A DNA stretch of 64,000 bases from Planctomycetota bacterium (GTDB lineage Bacteria > Planctomycetota > UBA1135 > UBA2386). Positions 38,855-48,574 of this stretch are shown one piece after another (position 1 is the first letter of the stretch; every line of letters begins with the position of its first letter). The stretch is taken from positions 3,296,001 through 3,360,000 of the forward strand of contig OZ245838.1 in the NCBI GenBank assembly GCA_965228735.1. Reading direction: 5' to 3'. The notes under the pieces were generated by a model. That model was given only the letters and a program-made list of their open reading frames with translations, was not told the origin of the DNA and did not search any database. The position numbers and the translations under genes were made by a program.

Positions 38855-40342
38855 ATGACTTCCGATTCCGACTCTCGCCCTTCCCGTCGGCCGCGCATCA
38901 CCATCGCGCTGCCGAACGGCGCGCTGCGCGACCGCCTGCTCGAGGCGCTGCAGAAGGCGGACGTCGACCTCGACGTCGTCGACGCCGCCTCGGCGATGTC
39001 CGGGGTGGAACAGGCCGAGGGCGACATCGTGCTGCTCGGCCCGGGCCAGGTGCGAAAAGCGAACCTCGACGAGCTCGGTGAGGTCGCGCGCTCGGACGAC
39101 GAAGCCGGGCTCGCCGTCGTCGGTGAAGACGACCCGGCCAAGCGCGCCAAGCTCGTCGCCGCGGGGTTCTCGAGCGTGCTCAGTACTGATCAGTCCGAGG
39201 CCGACCTCGCGGCGTCGCTCGAGGCGCTCGCGGCGGCGGAGGCCGAGGGCGGCGTCGGTGGGCCCGAGGTCGGCGGCGCCGGGGTCGAACCGCGGCTGGC
39301 CGATTTCCTCACGCGCAGCCCGCGCATGCAGGAGTTCGTCGAACTCGTGCGGCGGGTGATCCCGGCGGACACGACGCTGCTCATTCTGGGACCGACCGGC
39401 GTCGGCAAGGAGCACCTCGCGCGCGCCATCCATGGCGAGAGCACCCGCGCGAAGCGACCGTTCGTGACCGTCAACTGCGCGGCGCTGCCCGAGCAGCTGC
39501 TCGAAGCCGAGCTGTTCGGCCACGCGAAGGGCGCGTTCACCGGCGCCGAGCGCGCGCGCAAGGGCCGCTTCGAGCTCGCAAATCGCGGTACGCTGTTCCT
39601 CGACGAAATCGGCGAGATGCCGCTGCATCTGCAGGCCAAGCTGCTCACCGTGCTGCAGCGCCACGAGGTCACGCCGATCGGCTCCGACCAACCGATCAGG
39701 GTCGACGTGCGCGTCGTCGTCGCGACGAATCGCGATCTGCAGGAGGAAGTCGCGGCCCGGCGCTTCCGCGAGGACCTGTTCTTCCGCCTCAACGTCGTGC
39801 CGCTCGAGATCCCGGCGTTGGCCGCACGCGCTGACGACATCCCGGAGCTCGTAGGCCGCTTCATCCAGCACTTCCGCGCCACGATGCCGGTCTCGAACGT
39901 CACCGCGATCGCCGACGACGCGCTCGAGCTGTTGATGCACTACTCGTGGCCCGGCAACATCCGCGAGCTCATCAACGTGATCGAACGCGCGATGCTGCTC
40001 GGGCGCGGAACTCGCATCGAGTGCGCCGATCTGCCGGCCGCCGTCACCGGCGGGAGCCCTGGCGACAGCGACGGCGACGAAGCGGGGTCGGCGTCCGCGG
40101 CGACGTCGCCACTCGGGCCGTCGTTGCCGCGATCACCCGCGCCGGACCTCGACCTCGAGCAACCGATCAAGGCCACCCGCGAACGCGCCGTCGCGAACGC
40201 CGAACGCGCCTACCTCGACGCGGCGCTGCGCCGGACGGGCGGCCAGGTCGGCGAGGTCGCGAAGATCGCCGGCATCAGTCCGCGCGCGCTCTACGAGAAG
40301 ATGAAGCGCTACGAGCTGCGCAAAGAGGATTACCGCGGCTGA
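38855..40342 (+). CDS. sigma54-dependent enhancer-binding protein, paralog of 16655..18097
   Basis: [44 protein letters not shown]; both paralogs end in LY.KMK...LRKEDYR. Confidence 0.92.
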   Translation: MTSDSDSRPSRRPRITIALPNGALRDRLLEALQKADVDLDVVDAASAMSGVEQAEGDIVLLGPGQVRKANLDELGEVARSDDEAGLAVVGEDDPAKRAKLVAAGFSSVLSTDQSEADLAASLEALAAAEAEGGVGGPEVGGAGVEPRLADFLTRSPRMQEFVELVRRVIPADTTLLILGPTGVGKEHLARAIHGESTRAKRPFVTVNCAALPEQLLEAELFGHAKGAFTGAERARKGRFELANRGTLFLDEIGEMPLHLQAKLLTVLQRHEVTPIGSDQPIRVDVRVVVATNRDLQEEVAARRFREDLFFRLNVVPLEIPALAARADDIPELVGRFIQHFRATMPVSNVTAIADDALELLMHYSWPGNIRELINVIERAMLLGRGTRIECADLPAAVTGGSPGDSDGDEAGSASAATSPLGPSLPRSPAPDLDLEQPIKATRERAVANAERAYLDAALRRTGGQVGEVAKIAGISPRALYEKMKRYELRKEDYRG

Positions 40343-40443
40343 TCGGCGGACCGGTGGTCCCGGTTCCGAAGCTTCGGAAGCGCTCGTTCTGACGTCGTCG
40401 CGCGCGAGCGCCGAATGACCGATGCCGTGGCGATGTCGGTGCA

Positions 40444-40459
40444 TGGCACGCCCCTTGCG
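40444..40459 (+). promoter_or_regulatory. sigma54 -24/-12 promoter
   Basis: TGGCACGCCCCTTGCG. Confidence 0.75.
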
Positions 40460-40472
40460 ACTGGAGGGGGCG

Positions 40473-41465
40473 ATGAGTCATTCCAGCCCCAATTGGACCC
40501 TAGACACCTACGGCTGCTCGCGCGCCGGAACGCGCTCCGGGCCGAACGGCACGCAGCCACTGAACGGCGATCACTTCCTCGTGACCGAGCTGAGGCGCGC
40601 GGCCGAAGTGCGGCGGGCAAGCCCGGACCGCGTGTCCGAAGGACGGCACGACGGTACGAGTCAGGCGCACGCGCTCGTCGTCGCCGACGGCGTGAGCGGT
40701 CACGCCGGCGCCGCGGAGGCGAGCGCGCTCGTCGTCGACGAGATCATGCACCAGATGCTCAACGCGGTGCCGTGGCAGCGCGACCTCGACCTCGACGCCG
40801 AGACCGCACTGCGTCGGGAGCTGCGCAACGCCGCCGAGCAGTGCAGTCGTCGCCTCGCCGCCGAGGCGCGCGAGCATCCCAGGCTCGACGACATGGGCTC
40901 GACGCTCACGATGGCGTTCGTGCGGCCGCCGTACGCGTTCTTCGTGCATGCCGGCGACAGCCGCGCGTATCTCGTGCGCGACGGCGAGATCCGGCAGCTG
41001 ACGCGCGATCACACGCTGGCCAACCGCCTCGCGGAGCGCGGCATCCTGTCGATCGAGGAAGCCCGCCGCTCGCCGTTCGCCAACTCGTTGTGGAACGTCA
41101 TCAGCAGCCACGGGACGGTCGAACCCGAGACATCGTCCATTCAGCTCCAGAAGGGCGATGCCCTGCTCCTGTGTTCGGACGGGCTCACCCACGAACTCGA
41201 GGACGCCGACCTGCTCCGCGCGATCACGGCGCACGGCTCCGCGCAGGCCGCATGCGAAGCACTCGCCGATGCCGCGCGCGACCGCGGTGAGTCCGACGAC
41301 GTCACAGCGACGATCGCGAGAGTCGTCGACGACGCCCGGGCGAACGAAACGTCGGCGACGCCCCCGAAGCGCCGACGTGCGGAACGGCGATCGCCACCGA
41401 CCCCGACGCCGAATTTCGTCGCGGCCGCGAACCGACCCCGAGAGGCCCGCGCCGCAGGCCAGTAG
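40473..41465 (+). CDS. PP2C-type Ser/Thr phosphatase
   Basis: VVADGVSGH, MGSTLT, HAGDSRAY, QLTRDH, LLCSDGL, DDVT. Confidence 0.88.
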   Translation: MSHSSPNWTLDTYGCSRAGTRSGPNGTQPLNGDHFLVTELRRAAEVRRASPDRVSEGRHDGTSQAHALVVADGVSGHAGAAEASALVVDEIMHQMLNAVPWQRDLDLDAETALRRELRNAAEQCSRRLAAEAREHPRLDDMGSTLTMAFVRPPYAFFVHAGDSRAYLVRDGEIRQLTRDHTLANRLAERGILSIEEARRSPFANSLWNVISSHGTVEPETSSIQLQKGDALLLCSDGLTHELEDADLLRAITAHGSAQAACEALADAARDRGESDDVTATIARVVDDARANETSATPPKRRRAERRSPPTPTPNFVAAANRPREARAAGQ

Positions 41466-41490
41466 CCAGCAGCTCTCCACGCAGGAATCC

Positions 41491-41991
41491 TTGCCCCTAC
41501 CCCACCTCGACACCCGCGCTGCCCCTGACGTTCTCGAGGCCGCCGTCCAGCTCGCGGTCAGGCTCGTCCGCCGCGAGACACCGGCCCATGCGCCGGGCAC
41601 ATTGCTGACGCTCGGCGACGCCAACGCCGTCGTGCGCTGCTCCCGCCATATGGAGGGGCTCGCGCGCGCCGGCGACGAACGGCCTCCGGAGTTGGCATCC
41701 GCCCACCTGCTCGACCCGATCGCGCAGAGCACGATCGAACGCCTGGCCCCGCCGCCGCGCGCCATCGTCGTGCGCGCAGCGGGTCAGATCGAGTCGATCG
41801 TGCGCGAGGCCGACGACCCGGACCAGACCCCCTGGCTGCCGCCGACCACCGTCTCCGCGGTCATGGTCACGCGCGCCACCGACACGATCGCGATCGCCGT
41901 GCCCGCGGACGAAGACAGCATCCGCCTGTTCCACGACGGCCGACTCGTGGACCAACTCACCGCCGACGCCGGTAGCATCGCGGATGCGTGA
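41491..41991 (+). CDS. Degenerate DisA_N/DAC-fold protein lacking catalytic motifs
   Basis: VLEAAVQLAV.L.R....GTLLTLGD...V...SR...DP..QSTI..LA...AIVV..G.I....T..T..IAIAV......IRLF..G follows the DacZ-like pattern. DGA and RHR are absent. TTG start with AGGA upstream. Confidence 0.55.
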   Translation: MPLPHLDTRAAPDVLEAAVQLAVRLVRRETPAHAPGTLLTLGDANAVVRCSRHMEGLARAGDERPPELASAHLLDPIAQSTIERLAPPPRAIVVRAAGQIESIVREADDPDQTPWLPPTTVSAVMVTRATDTIAIAVPADEDSIRLFHDGRLVDQLTADAGSIADA

Positions 41992-43145
41992 GCGAGCGCC
42001 CGACAACGACCCGGCAATTCTGGCGACCGCGCCGCATCGCGCTCGCTCTGCTCGCGCTGCTGCTCGGCGCGGCCGCCACGTGGCTCGCCTGCCGCTGGAC
42101 GTTCGTCGTTCGCCTGCTGACCTACCCCTACGAGGCGCCGACGACCACGGTCGACTGGTATCAACCGGTCGAACCGATCCCGGGCGATGGCACCGCGCAA
42201 CCGATCGCGACCGAATCGCCGGCGCAACTCGGCCTCTCGCTCACCGCACTCGAAGCCGCCGCCGACTGGGCCGACCGCCACAACACGACGGCGTTCCTCG
42301 TCGCCCGCGCGGGTCGCATCGCCTTCGAACGTTACAGGCGTGGCGGTTCGGCCACGACGCCGACGATCTCCCACTCGATGGCCAAGACGCTGCTCGCGCT
42401 GCTCGTCGGCATCGCGATCGAGCGTGGGGAGATCGCCGGCCTCGATGAGCCGATCGGCGAACTGCTGGCCGAGTGGCGCAACGACCCTCGCGGCGCGATC
42501 ACGCTGCAGCAGCTGCTGACGATGACGAGCGGCCTCGAGGGCGACAGCCTCGAGGATGGCTGGCTGCCGCCGATGGCGCGGCTGCACCTCGAAACCGACC
42601 TGCTGCCGACGCTGCTCGCCCATCCGGCCACCGGCCCGCCGGGCGTCGTGTTCGACTACAACAACTTCAACAGCCAGCTCGTCGGCCTCGCACTCGAACG
42701 CGCGACCGGGCAACGCTACGCGGAGCTGCTGTCTCGCCGCCTCTGGCAGCCGATCGGCGCGCGCGATGCCGGCATCTGGCTCGATCGGCCCGCGGGCAAC
42801 GCCAAGATCTACGGTGCGGTGATCGCGACCGCCCGCGACTGGTTGCGCATCGGCGAGCTCGTCCGCATGCGCGGCCGCGCGCACGGGATCCAGGTCGTTC
42901 CCCGCGCGTGGTTCGAGACGATCGAGCGGCCCTCGGCGCTGCAGGCCGAGTACGGCGTTCACATCTGGCTCGGCGGCGGTCCACCGACCGACCTGCCGCG
43001 GTACGTGTATCTCGACGGCAAGTCGAAGCAGCGCGTGTTCGTCGTGCGCTCGCACGAGCTCGTCATCGTCCGCACGGGCGAGAACGCGCGCGGTTGGCGC
43101 GACGACGAGCTCGTGGCGCTCGTGCTCGCCGCGGTCGAACGCTGA
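41988..43145 (+). CDS. Serine hydrolase, beta-lactamase/transpeptidase-like family
   Basis: SMAK, ITLQQLLTMTSG, FDYNN, LWQPIG, TARDW.RIG; N-terminal transmembrane segment. Confidence 0.88.
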   Translation: MSERPTTTRQFWRPRRIALALLALLLGAAATWLACRWTFVVRLLTYPYEAPTTTVDWYQPVEPIPGDGTAQPIATESPAQLGLSLTALEAAADWADRHNTTAFLVARAGRIAFERYRRGGSATTPTISHSMAKTLLALLVGIAIERGEIAGLDEPIGELLAEWRNDPRGAITLQQLLTMTSGLEGDSLEDGWLPPMARLHLETDLLPTLLAHPATGPPGVVFDYNNFNSQLVGLALERATGQRYAELLSRRLWQPIGARDAGIWLDRPAGNAKIYGAVIATARDWLRIGELVRMRGRAHGIQVVPRAWFETIERPSALQAEYGVHIWLGGGPPTDLPRYVYLDGKSKQRVFVVRSHELVIVRTGENARGWRDDELVALVLAAVER

Positions 43146-44525
43146 TCAGGTCGGCAACAACCAGCTGGTACTGCTCTGCTTGCTGTCCGTCGCGAGCGGC
43201 ACGTGCACGACGAACGCCGCGCCGCCGAGCGCGGAGTCCTCGCACCAGACGTGGCCGCCGGAGCGTTCGGCGATGGCGCGACACACCGCGAGGCCGATGC
43301 CCGCGCCGGCCGGCTTCTCCGTGAGGTGATCCGACAACTGCGTGAACTTCTCGAAGATCGTCGACCGGTCGTCGGCGGGCACGCCGGGTCCGGAGTCCTC
43401 GACGCGCAGCTCGAACTCGTCGCCGATGACGCGCCCGGCGATCCGCACGTCGCCCCCCGACGGCGTGAACTTGACCGCGTTATCGACCAGCTGAAAGACG
43501 AGCTGTTGCCATTGACGTTCATCGAGCTTCGCTTTGCGCTCGCCGACCGGCAGGTCGAGTTCGAGCTCGATGGCGCGCGTTGCCATCCGGCCCGCCAATC
43601 CGTCGACGACGCGTTGCACGACGGCGTTGGCGTCGAGGGCCGTCACGGCGAACTCGGCCTCGCCCGACTGCAGCTGCAGGAAGTCGAACAGGCCGTCGAC
43701 GAGGTTGGAGATGCGCACGCTCTCGTCGTGGATCACGCTCACGAACTCGTCCCACTCCATGCTCTCGCCGGGAACCATCGTGCCGAGGATCTCGGAGTAC
43801 GCGCGGATGCTCGTGAGCGGCGTCCGGAGCTCGTGCGAGACACTCGACAGGAAGCGATCCTTGAGCCGCTGCAGCTCGTGGTTGCGCGTCGTGTCGACGA
43901 ACAGGAACACGGTGCCGAAGTCCTGGCCCGTGACGCTCGAACGGACCGGCACGGCCGCCAGGTCGAACATGCGATCACCGCTCGGGACCGAGGCGTGCCG
44001 GACCGTCGGGCGTTCGCCGGCTCCGGTGGCGGCATCGCCGTCGAGATCGCGCAAGGCCTCCCACGATTCGCGCGTGCGATCCGCCAGTTCGTCGGGCAGC
44101 ACGTCCCACAACGTCTGCCCGATCGGCTCGACCCCGGCGTCGATCAGCCCACGGCACGCCGCGGGGTTGGCGAGCACGATCTCGCCCGCGGGATCGACGA
44201 CCACGACACCCTCGAGCAGCGACTCGACGACCGACTCCGAACGATCGCACGCGAGTTCGAGCGCGAGGATGCGCGCCGCGGCCTCGCGATCGTCATCGGA
44301 GTAACTGCGCGACGCGTGGCCATCCCGGAGCCCGCATCGGCGTTCGACCACCGCGACGAGAGCCGCCGCGAGGCCACAAGACACGGCCCCCATCGAGCTC
44401 GCCCCGAGACCGTGGGCGACCGCGCCGAAGACGAGCCCGAATCCGACCGTACGCAGCGCTGCCGCGAGGCCGTGTCGACGACCTTCCCTGGCCCGCGCTG
44501 CGGGCTCTGGGCGGGTTCTGGGCAT
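43146..44525 (-). CDS. Membrane PAS-domain sensor histidine kinase
   Basis: EGVVVVD..G.I.LANPAA, SHELRTPL, DNAVKFT, EDSGPG, GAGIGL. Confidence 0.9.
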   Translation of the reverse strand: MPRTRPEPAARAREGRRHGLAAALRTVGFGLVFGAVAHGLGASSMGAVSCGLAAALVAVVERRCGLRDGHASRSYSDDDREAAARILALELACDRSESVVESLLEGVVVVDPAGEIVLANPAACRGLIDAGVEPIGQTLWDVLPDELADRTRESWEALRDLDGDAATGAGERPTVRHASVPSGDRMFDLAAVPVRSSVTGQDFGTVFLFVDTTRNHELQRLKDRFLSSVSHELRTPLTSIRAYSEILGTMVPGESMEWDEFVSVIHDESVRISNLVDGLFDFLQLQSGEAEFAVTALDANAVVQRVVDGLAGRMATRAIELELDLPVGERKAKLDERQWQQLVFQLVDNAVKFTPSGGDVRIAGRVIGDEFELRVEDSGPGVPADDRSTIFEKFTQLSDHLTEKPAGAGIGLAVCRAIAERSGGHVWCEDSALGGAAFVVHVPLATDSKQSSTSWLLPT

Positions 44526-44654
44526 AAGGGCTCCAGTCCGAGTATCGATCCCCCCGGCAGACCCCTTGACGGGGGATTCCCCTGGGTCGGAACGCCTGTA
44601 GTCCGGGGTCGCATCGCGCCGATGAACGAAGCCGATCCAGCGAGGAACTCCGAA

Positions 44655-47348
44655 ATGGTCGTGCTCGAACTCTGCCTTCTGCCCGTGCTGTCGTTCCAGG
44701 AACCCGTCCCGGCCCAGCCGGCGACGACGACTCCTGCCCAAGAAACGCCCGTCGCATCGGCCGATCCGAAGCCCACGATCGACGCCACCGATCCGGCCCG
44801 CTGGCTGCCCGCGTCGACGTTGTTCGCGGTCACGTTCCGGCTCGGCAACGACACGGACCTGTCGGGCCTGCGCGCGCGCCTGCGGGACCTCGACCCGATG
44901 GGCACGATGGACCAGGCCGTCACCGAGATGGAGTCTCATCTCGGGCAACACGGCGTCGCGATGGACGACGTCATGGAACTGCTGCGTGGCGGCGTTGCGA
45001 TCGGCGTCACGGAGCTCGGCCCGAAGCCGCAGTTCGTGTGCGTCGCCGATCTCTCGCAGTGTGAGGATCCGATCCGGATGAAGGCGCAGGAGTTCCTCGC
45101 GAACAACACGGCGGCGGACTCCCACGGTGGGATCCGCGGGGACCGGATGATCGTCGCGAGCTCGGCCGAGCTGCTGGACGCGACGGCCCAAATCGCGGAC
45201 TCCCAGAGCGCGGACTCGGGCAGCCAGTCACTGGCCGCAACGGACGGGTACCGGAGTGCCTGCGACCGCGCTCCGCTCGCCGGGTCTGCCGCGATGACCG
45301 TCTTCGTGCAGCCGAACGCGCTCGTGGCACAGCTCATGGCGATGGTGCCGGAAGCCCAGCGAGCCGCGGCCGAGCGCGTCACGAACGCCCTGCAGATCGA
45401 GGCCATGGACCACGTCGTGTTCCGGGCCCAGGTCGACGCGCGAGATCTGCACTTCGCCGCAAGCTGCGCGCTGCCCGAAGGCGACAGCCTGCTCGGCGCG
45501 TTCTTCGGCAACCCGCAGATGCTCAGCGAGTCGCTCGCGGGCTACGTCCCGAAGAGCGCCACGGAGTTCACGTTCGCCGCCACCGACATCAGCGCGGTCG
45601 TCCGCTCGAGCCTCGAGCTCCTGAAGACGGCCGAGCCCGGCATGGGCGTCATGGCCGACATGATGGTGCAGCAGATCGGTGAGAAGGCCGAGATCGACAT
45701 CATGGACGTCGTCGTCGACGGTTTCTCGGGTCGCTCGATCGGCCTGCGGGTACCCGCCGGCACGGCGACGATGATCGGCCTCGAGGATGGCAAGGAGTTC
45801 GCAGGCGCGATCGCGAAGCTGGTGGCCGCGGCGGAGCTGCCGGTCGAAACGACGACCGCGAACGACGTCACGGTCTATCAGTTCCCGGAGGGTCAGCTGC
45901 CCGTCCCGATCTCGTTCGCGACGCTCGGCAACTGGTTCTGCATCACGGAAGGCGACGCCACGCTCGCCGCGATCGCGAAGCAGATCGACCACCCGACCAA
46001 GAACGAGGCCGCGTTCAGCGCGCTGCGCGATCGGCCGGCCGGCGCGACGATGGTTCTCGGCGCGACCGAGTGGTCGACCTCGATGACGTCCCGTCGCACG
46101 GCGAACGGAGTCGTCTGGCAGGGGACCATCGGCCTAGTGCCCGGTGGCGGCGACATCGACCTGACGATGGATTCGCCGGCGCCGCCGGAGCAGGTCATGG
46201 CGCTCGAACAGGCCGAGAACGACGCCGAGTCGACGACGGTCCCACAACTCCTGCGTCTCGCCAAGGCCGAGCACGCCGGCGTCGCCGCGCGCGCGACGTG
46301 GCTGCTGCGCCGGCGCGAGTCACCCGAAGCGCGCAAAGCACTCGGTGATCTGGCTACCGACAGCAAGCACGCCGAGGTACGGGTCCAGGCGTTCCACGCG
46401 CTGCTGCGCCTCGGCAACGCGCAGAGCGTGCCCGTCGCGCTGGCCGGGATCGACGACGAGAGCGTCGAGGTCCGCACGCTCGCCGCGCAGCTGCTCGGCA
46501 AGCTGCGGCGCCCCGAGGCGAAGGGCGCGCTGCTTGCGCTCGTGTCGGAACGCGCCAAGATCGCGGGCCCGGGAGAATCGACCACCGACCTGCAGGCGGC
46601 TCTGCTCGCGCTCACCGATCTGGAGGCCGCCGACGAACTGCTGCCGGTGGCGACCGTGCTCGACGGCAGCCGCGCCGAAGGCTTCGGCGAGGCCCTGACG
46701 TTCTACTTCCAGACGCTGTCGCCGCAGCTCGAGCCGAACGACGAGACGCCCGTCATGGTCGCGGTCCTGTCGCACAGCGAACCGGTGCTGCGACGCTACG
46801 CGATCGGGCGACTCAGCGAGCTGCGTGACCTCACGACCGTGCGCGCGCTCGAGGCGCGCCTCGCGTCGGAGGGCCCGGAGCTGCAGCCGCTCGTGGAGCT
46901 CGCGCTCGCCCAGATCCGCCGGCAGAAGCACGGTGAGGCGGAGGCCTCGGAGTCGTTCGTGGCGCAGACCAAGGCGCGCTGGAACGCGCTGACGGCGCAG
47001 CAACGGCTCATCGCCTCCGCGGTCGGCGGCGTCGTCGGACTCGGCGTGCTCATCTGCCTCGTCGTGATCGTTCGCCGCGGCAGCAGCCGCCGACGCGGGC
47101 GCAGGAGCGCGAGCGACCTGGTCGCGCCGTCGGAAGAGTACCTCGACGACCTCGAGGCCGAGTCCGACGAACTCGCGGACGAGGCCGAGGGCATCTACGA
47201 CGAGGCCGAGTCCTACGGCGAGGGCGACGACGACGAAGAGTGGCAGGACGGCGAGTACGAGGACGACGGCGAGGTCGACGAGATCTACGGCGACGATTCG
47301 TACGACGAGTCGGAAGAACTGGAAGAGCAGGACGCGCGCTACCACTGA
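44655..47348 (+). CDS. Large exported protein with HEAT repeats, C-terminal transmembrane segment and very acidic tail
   Basis: GAGGA RBS, HEAT-like repeats (EVRVQAFHAL, EVRTLAAQLLG, LRRYAIGRL), one transmembrane segment, D/E-rich tail. Confidence 0.7.
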   Translation: MVVLELCLLPVLSFQEPVPAQPATTTPAQETPVASADPKPTIDATDPARWLPASTLFAVTFRLGNDTDLSGLRARLRDLDPMGTMDQAVTEMESHLGQHGVAMDDVMELLRGGVAIGVTELGPKPQFVCVADLSQCEDPIRMKAQEFLANNTAADSHGGIRGDRMIVASSAELLDATAQIADSQSADSGSQSLAATDGYRSACDRAPLAGSAAMTVFVQPNALVAQLMAMVPEAQRAAAERVTNALQIEAMDHVVFRAQVDARDLHFAASCALPEGDSLLGAFFGNPQMLSESLAGYVPKSATEFTFAATDISAVVRSSLELLKTAEPGMGVMADMMVQQIGEKAEIDIMDVVVDGFSGRSIGLRVPAGTATMIGLEDGKEFAGAIAKLVAAAELPVETTTANDVTVYQFPEGQLPVPISFATLGNWFCITEGDATLAAIAKQIDHPTKNEAAFSALRDRPAGATMVLGATEWSTSMTSRRTANGVVWQGTIGLVPGGGDIDLTMDSPAPPEQVMALEQAENDAESTTVPQLLRLAKAEHAGVAARATWLLRRRESPEARKALGDLATDSKHAEVRVQAFHALLRLGNAQSVPVALAGIDDESVEVRTLAAQLLGKLRRPEAKGALLALVSERAKIAGPGESTTDLQAALLALTDLEAADELLPVATVLDGSRAEGFGEALTFYFQTLSPQLEPNDETPVMVAVLSHSEPVLRRYAIGRLSELRDLTTVRALEARLASEGPELQPLVELALAQIRRQKHGEAEASESFVAQTKARWNALTAQQRLIASAVGGVVGLGVLICLVVIVRRGSSRRRGRRSASDLVAPSEEYLDDLEAESDELADEAEGIYDEAESYGEGDDDEEWQDGEYEDDGEVDEIYGDDSYDESEELEEQDARYH

Positions 47349-47349
47349 G

Positions 47350-48528
47350 ATGCGTGCGCTCCGCGCCGTCCTGACCGCGGGGCTCGCGATCGCCGCGATG
47401 CTCCCCGCGCAAGCCGCGACGTCGAACGATCCGACGATCGAGTTGGCCATCGCGCCGGCCAGTCTGCGCGGTGACCTGCCGGCGCTGCTCTGGCTCTGCA
47501 GCTCGGCGCTCCCCGCGCGGAACGAGTGGCCGGACGGCTTGCAACCGGACGACAGCATCGTCGTTCGCCTGAGCCCGAACGGCCTCGCCATCGAGAAGAA
47601 CCGCGTGCTGCTGCCGCGCAATGCCGCGCTCATCGGTTCGGTCGAGTGGCCTTCGGGACCGCGCATACTGTGCGCGTGCACGGCGACCGGCTCCGAGGAC
47701 TGGTACGTGCCGCGCGAAACGCGACTCGCGCCGGAATGGCACGAGCTCCTCGATCGACTGCGAGCCGGCGAGACCGGGCGGACGCGAACGATCGACCTGC
47801 CGGTCGCGGTCGGGCACCTGCTCGGCGCGAACGCGCTCGGTGACCCGGACCGTGAACCAGTCCAGTTCGGGGCCGCGCTCTGCGGCGAAGTGACCTGGCG
47901 GTCATGGTGGACCGCCGATCACCTGCGGATTCGCGCCCGCAGCAGCGGCGGGTTGCTGCTGCCCGCGACCCTGCTCGCGCTCGCCAAACGGCTCGGGAAC
48001 GGCAGCGTCGCGGCATTGCCGATGCGGGCGTTCACCGCGCGCGACGGCGACCGCGAGGAGGCCGTGCGCCAACTCTCGCGTTCCGGCGCGCTCGACGACC
48101 GCGACGTGCTGCAGGCCATGCTGCACGGCCCGGACGAGCTGCGCCTCACGGCGATCGACAGCCTCGTTCGCCTCAGCGCGTTCGACGCGCTGCCCGCGAT
48201 CGTGGATGCGGCCGCGGTCGAGATGCCGCTCGCATCCGTCGCCGCGGTCGACGCGGTGGCGACGCTGTGGCCCCGGGCGCCGGAGACGACCCGCGACGCC
48301 ACCCGTGTGGCGCTCGATCGGAGCGAGGTCGACGCACTGCGCGAGCTCGGCGGCGCCACCCCGACGACCGGCGCGCCCCGGCCGAACCAGCTCGTGTCCG
48401 CGTCGAACGGCATCGGAGAGCCGTTCATCGTCCGCCGCTGGCGGCTGATGCTCGGTCTGTTCGTGGTGTTCGTCCTGATGTTCGGCCTGTGGCTGCGAGA
48501 ACGAGCCCGCGCTGCGATCTTCGCCTGA
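47350..48528 (+). CDS. Exported hypothetical protein with HEAT-like repeats and C-terminal transmembrane segment
   Basis: Signal peptide, ELRLTAIDSLVRL, C-terminal hydrophobic anchor. Confidence 0.6.
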   Translation: MRALRAVLTAGLAIAAMLPAQAATSNDPTIELAIAPASLRGDLPALLWLCSSALPARNEWPDGLQPDDSIVVRLSPNGLAIEKNRVLLPRNAALIGSVEWPSGPRILCACTATGSEDWYVPRETRLAPEWHELLDRLRAGETGRTRTIDLPVAVGHLLGANALGDPDREPVQFGAALCGEVTWRSWWTADHLRIRARSSGGLLLPATLLALAKRLGNGSVAALPMRAFTARDGDREEAVRQLSRSGALDDRDVLQAMLHGPDELRLTAIDSLVRLSAFDALPAIVDAAAVEMPLASVAAVDAVATLWPRAPETTRDATRVALDRSEVDALRELGGATPTTGAPRPNQLVSASNGIGEPFIVRRWRLMLGLFVVFVLMFGLWLRERARAAIFA

Positions 48529-48574
48529 CCCGCTTGGCTCACCGGCCCGCGCGCACGGTAAGCTGCCGCCCCCC

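Noticed and set aside
43203..44654. N-terminal ~480 aa of the 1381-aa ORF
   Set aside because: It is the antisense shadow of the histidine kinase; an RBS and plausible N-terminus point to 44655.
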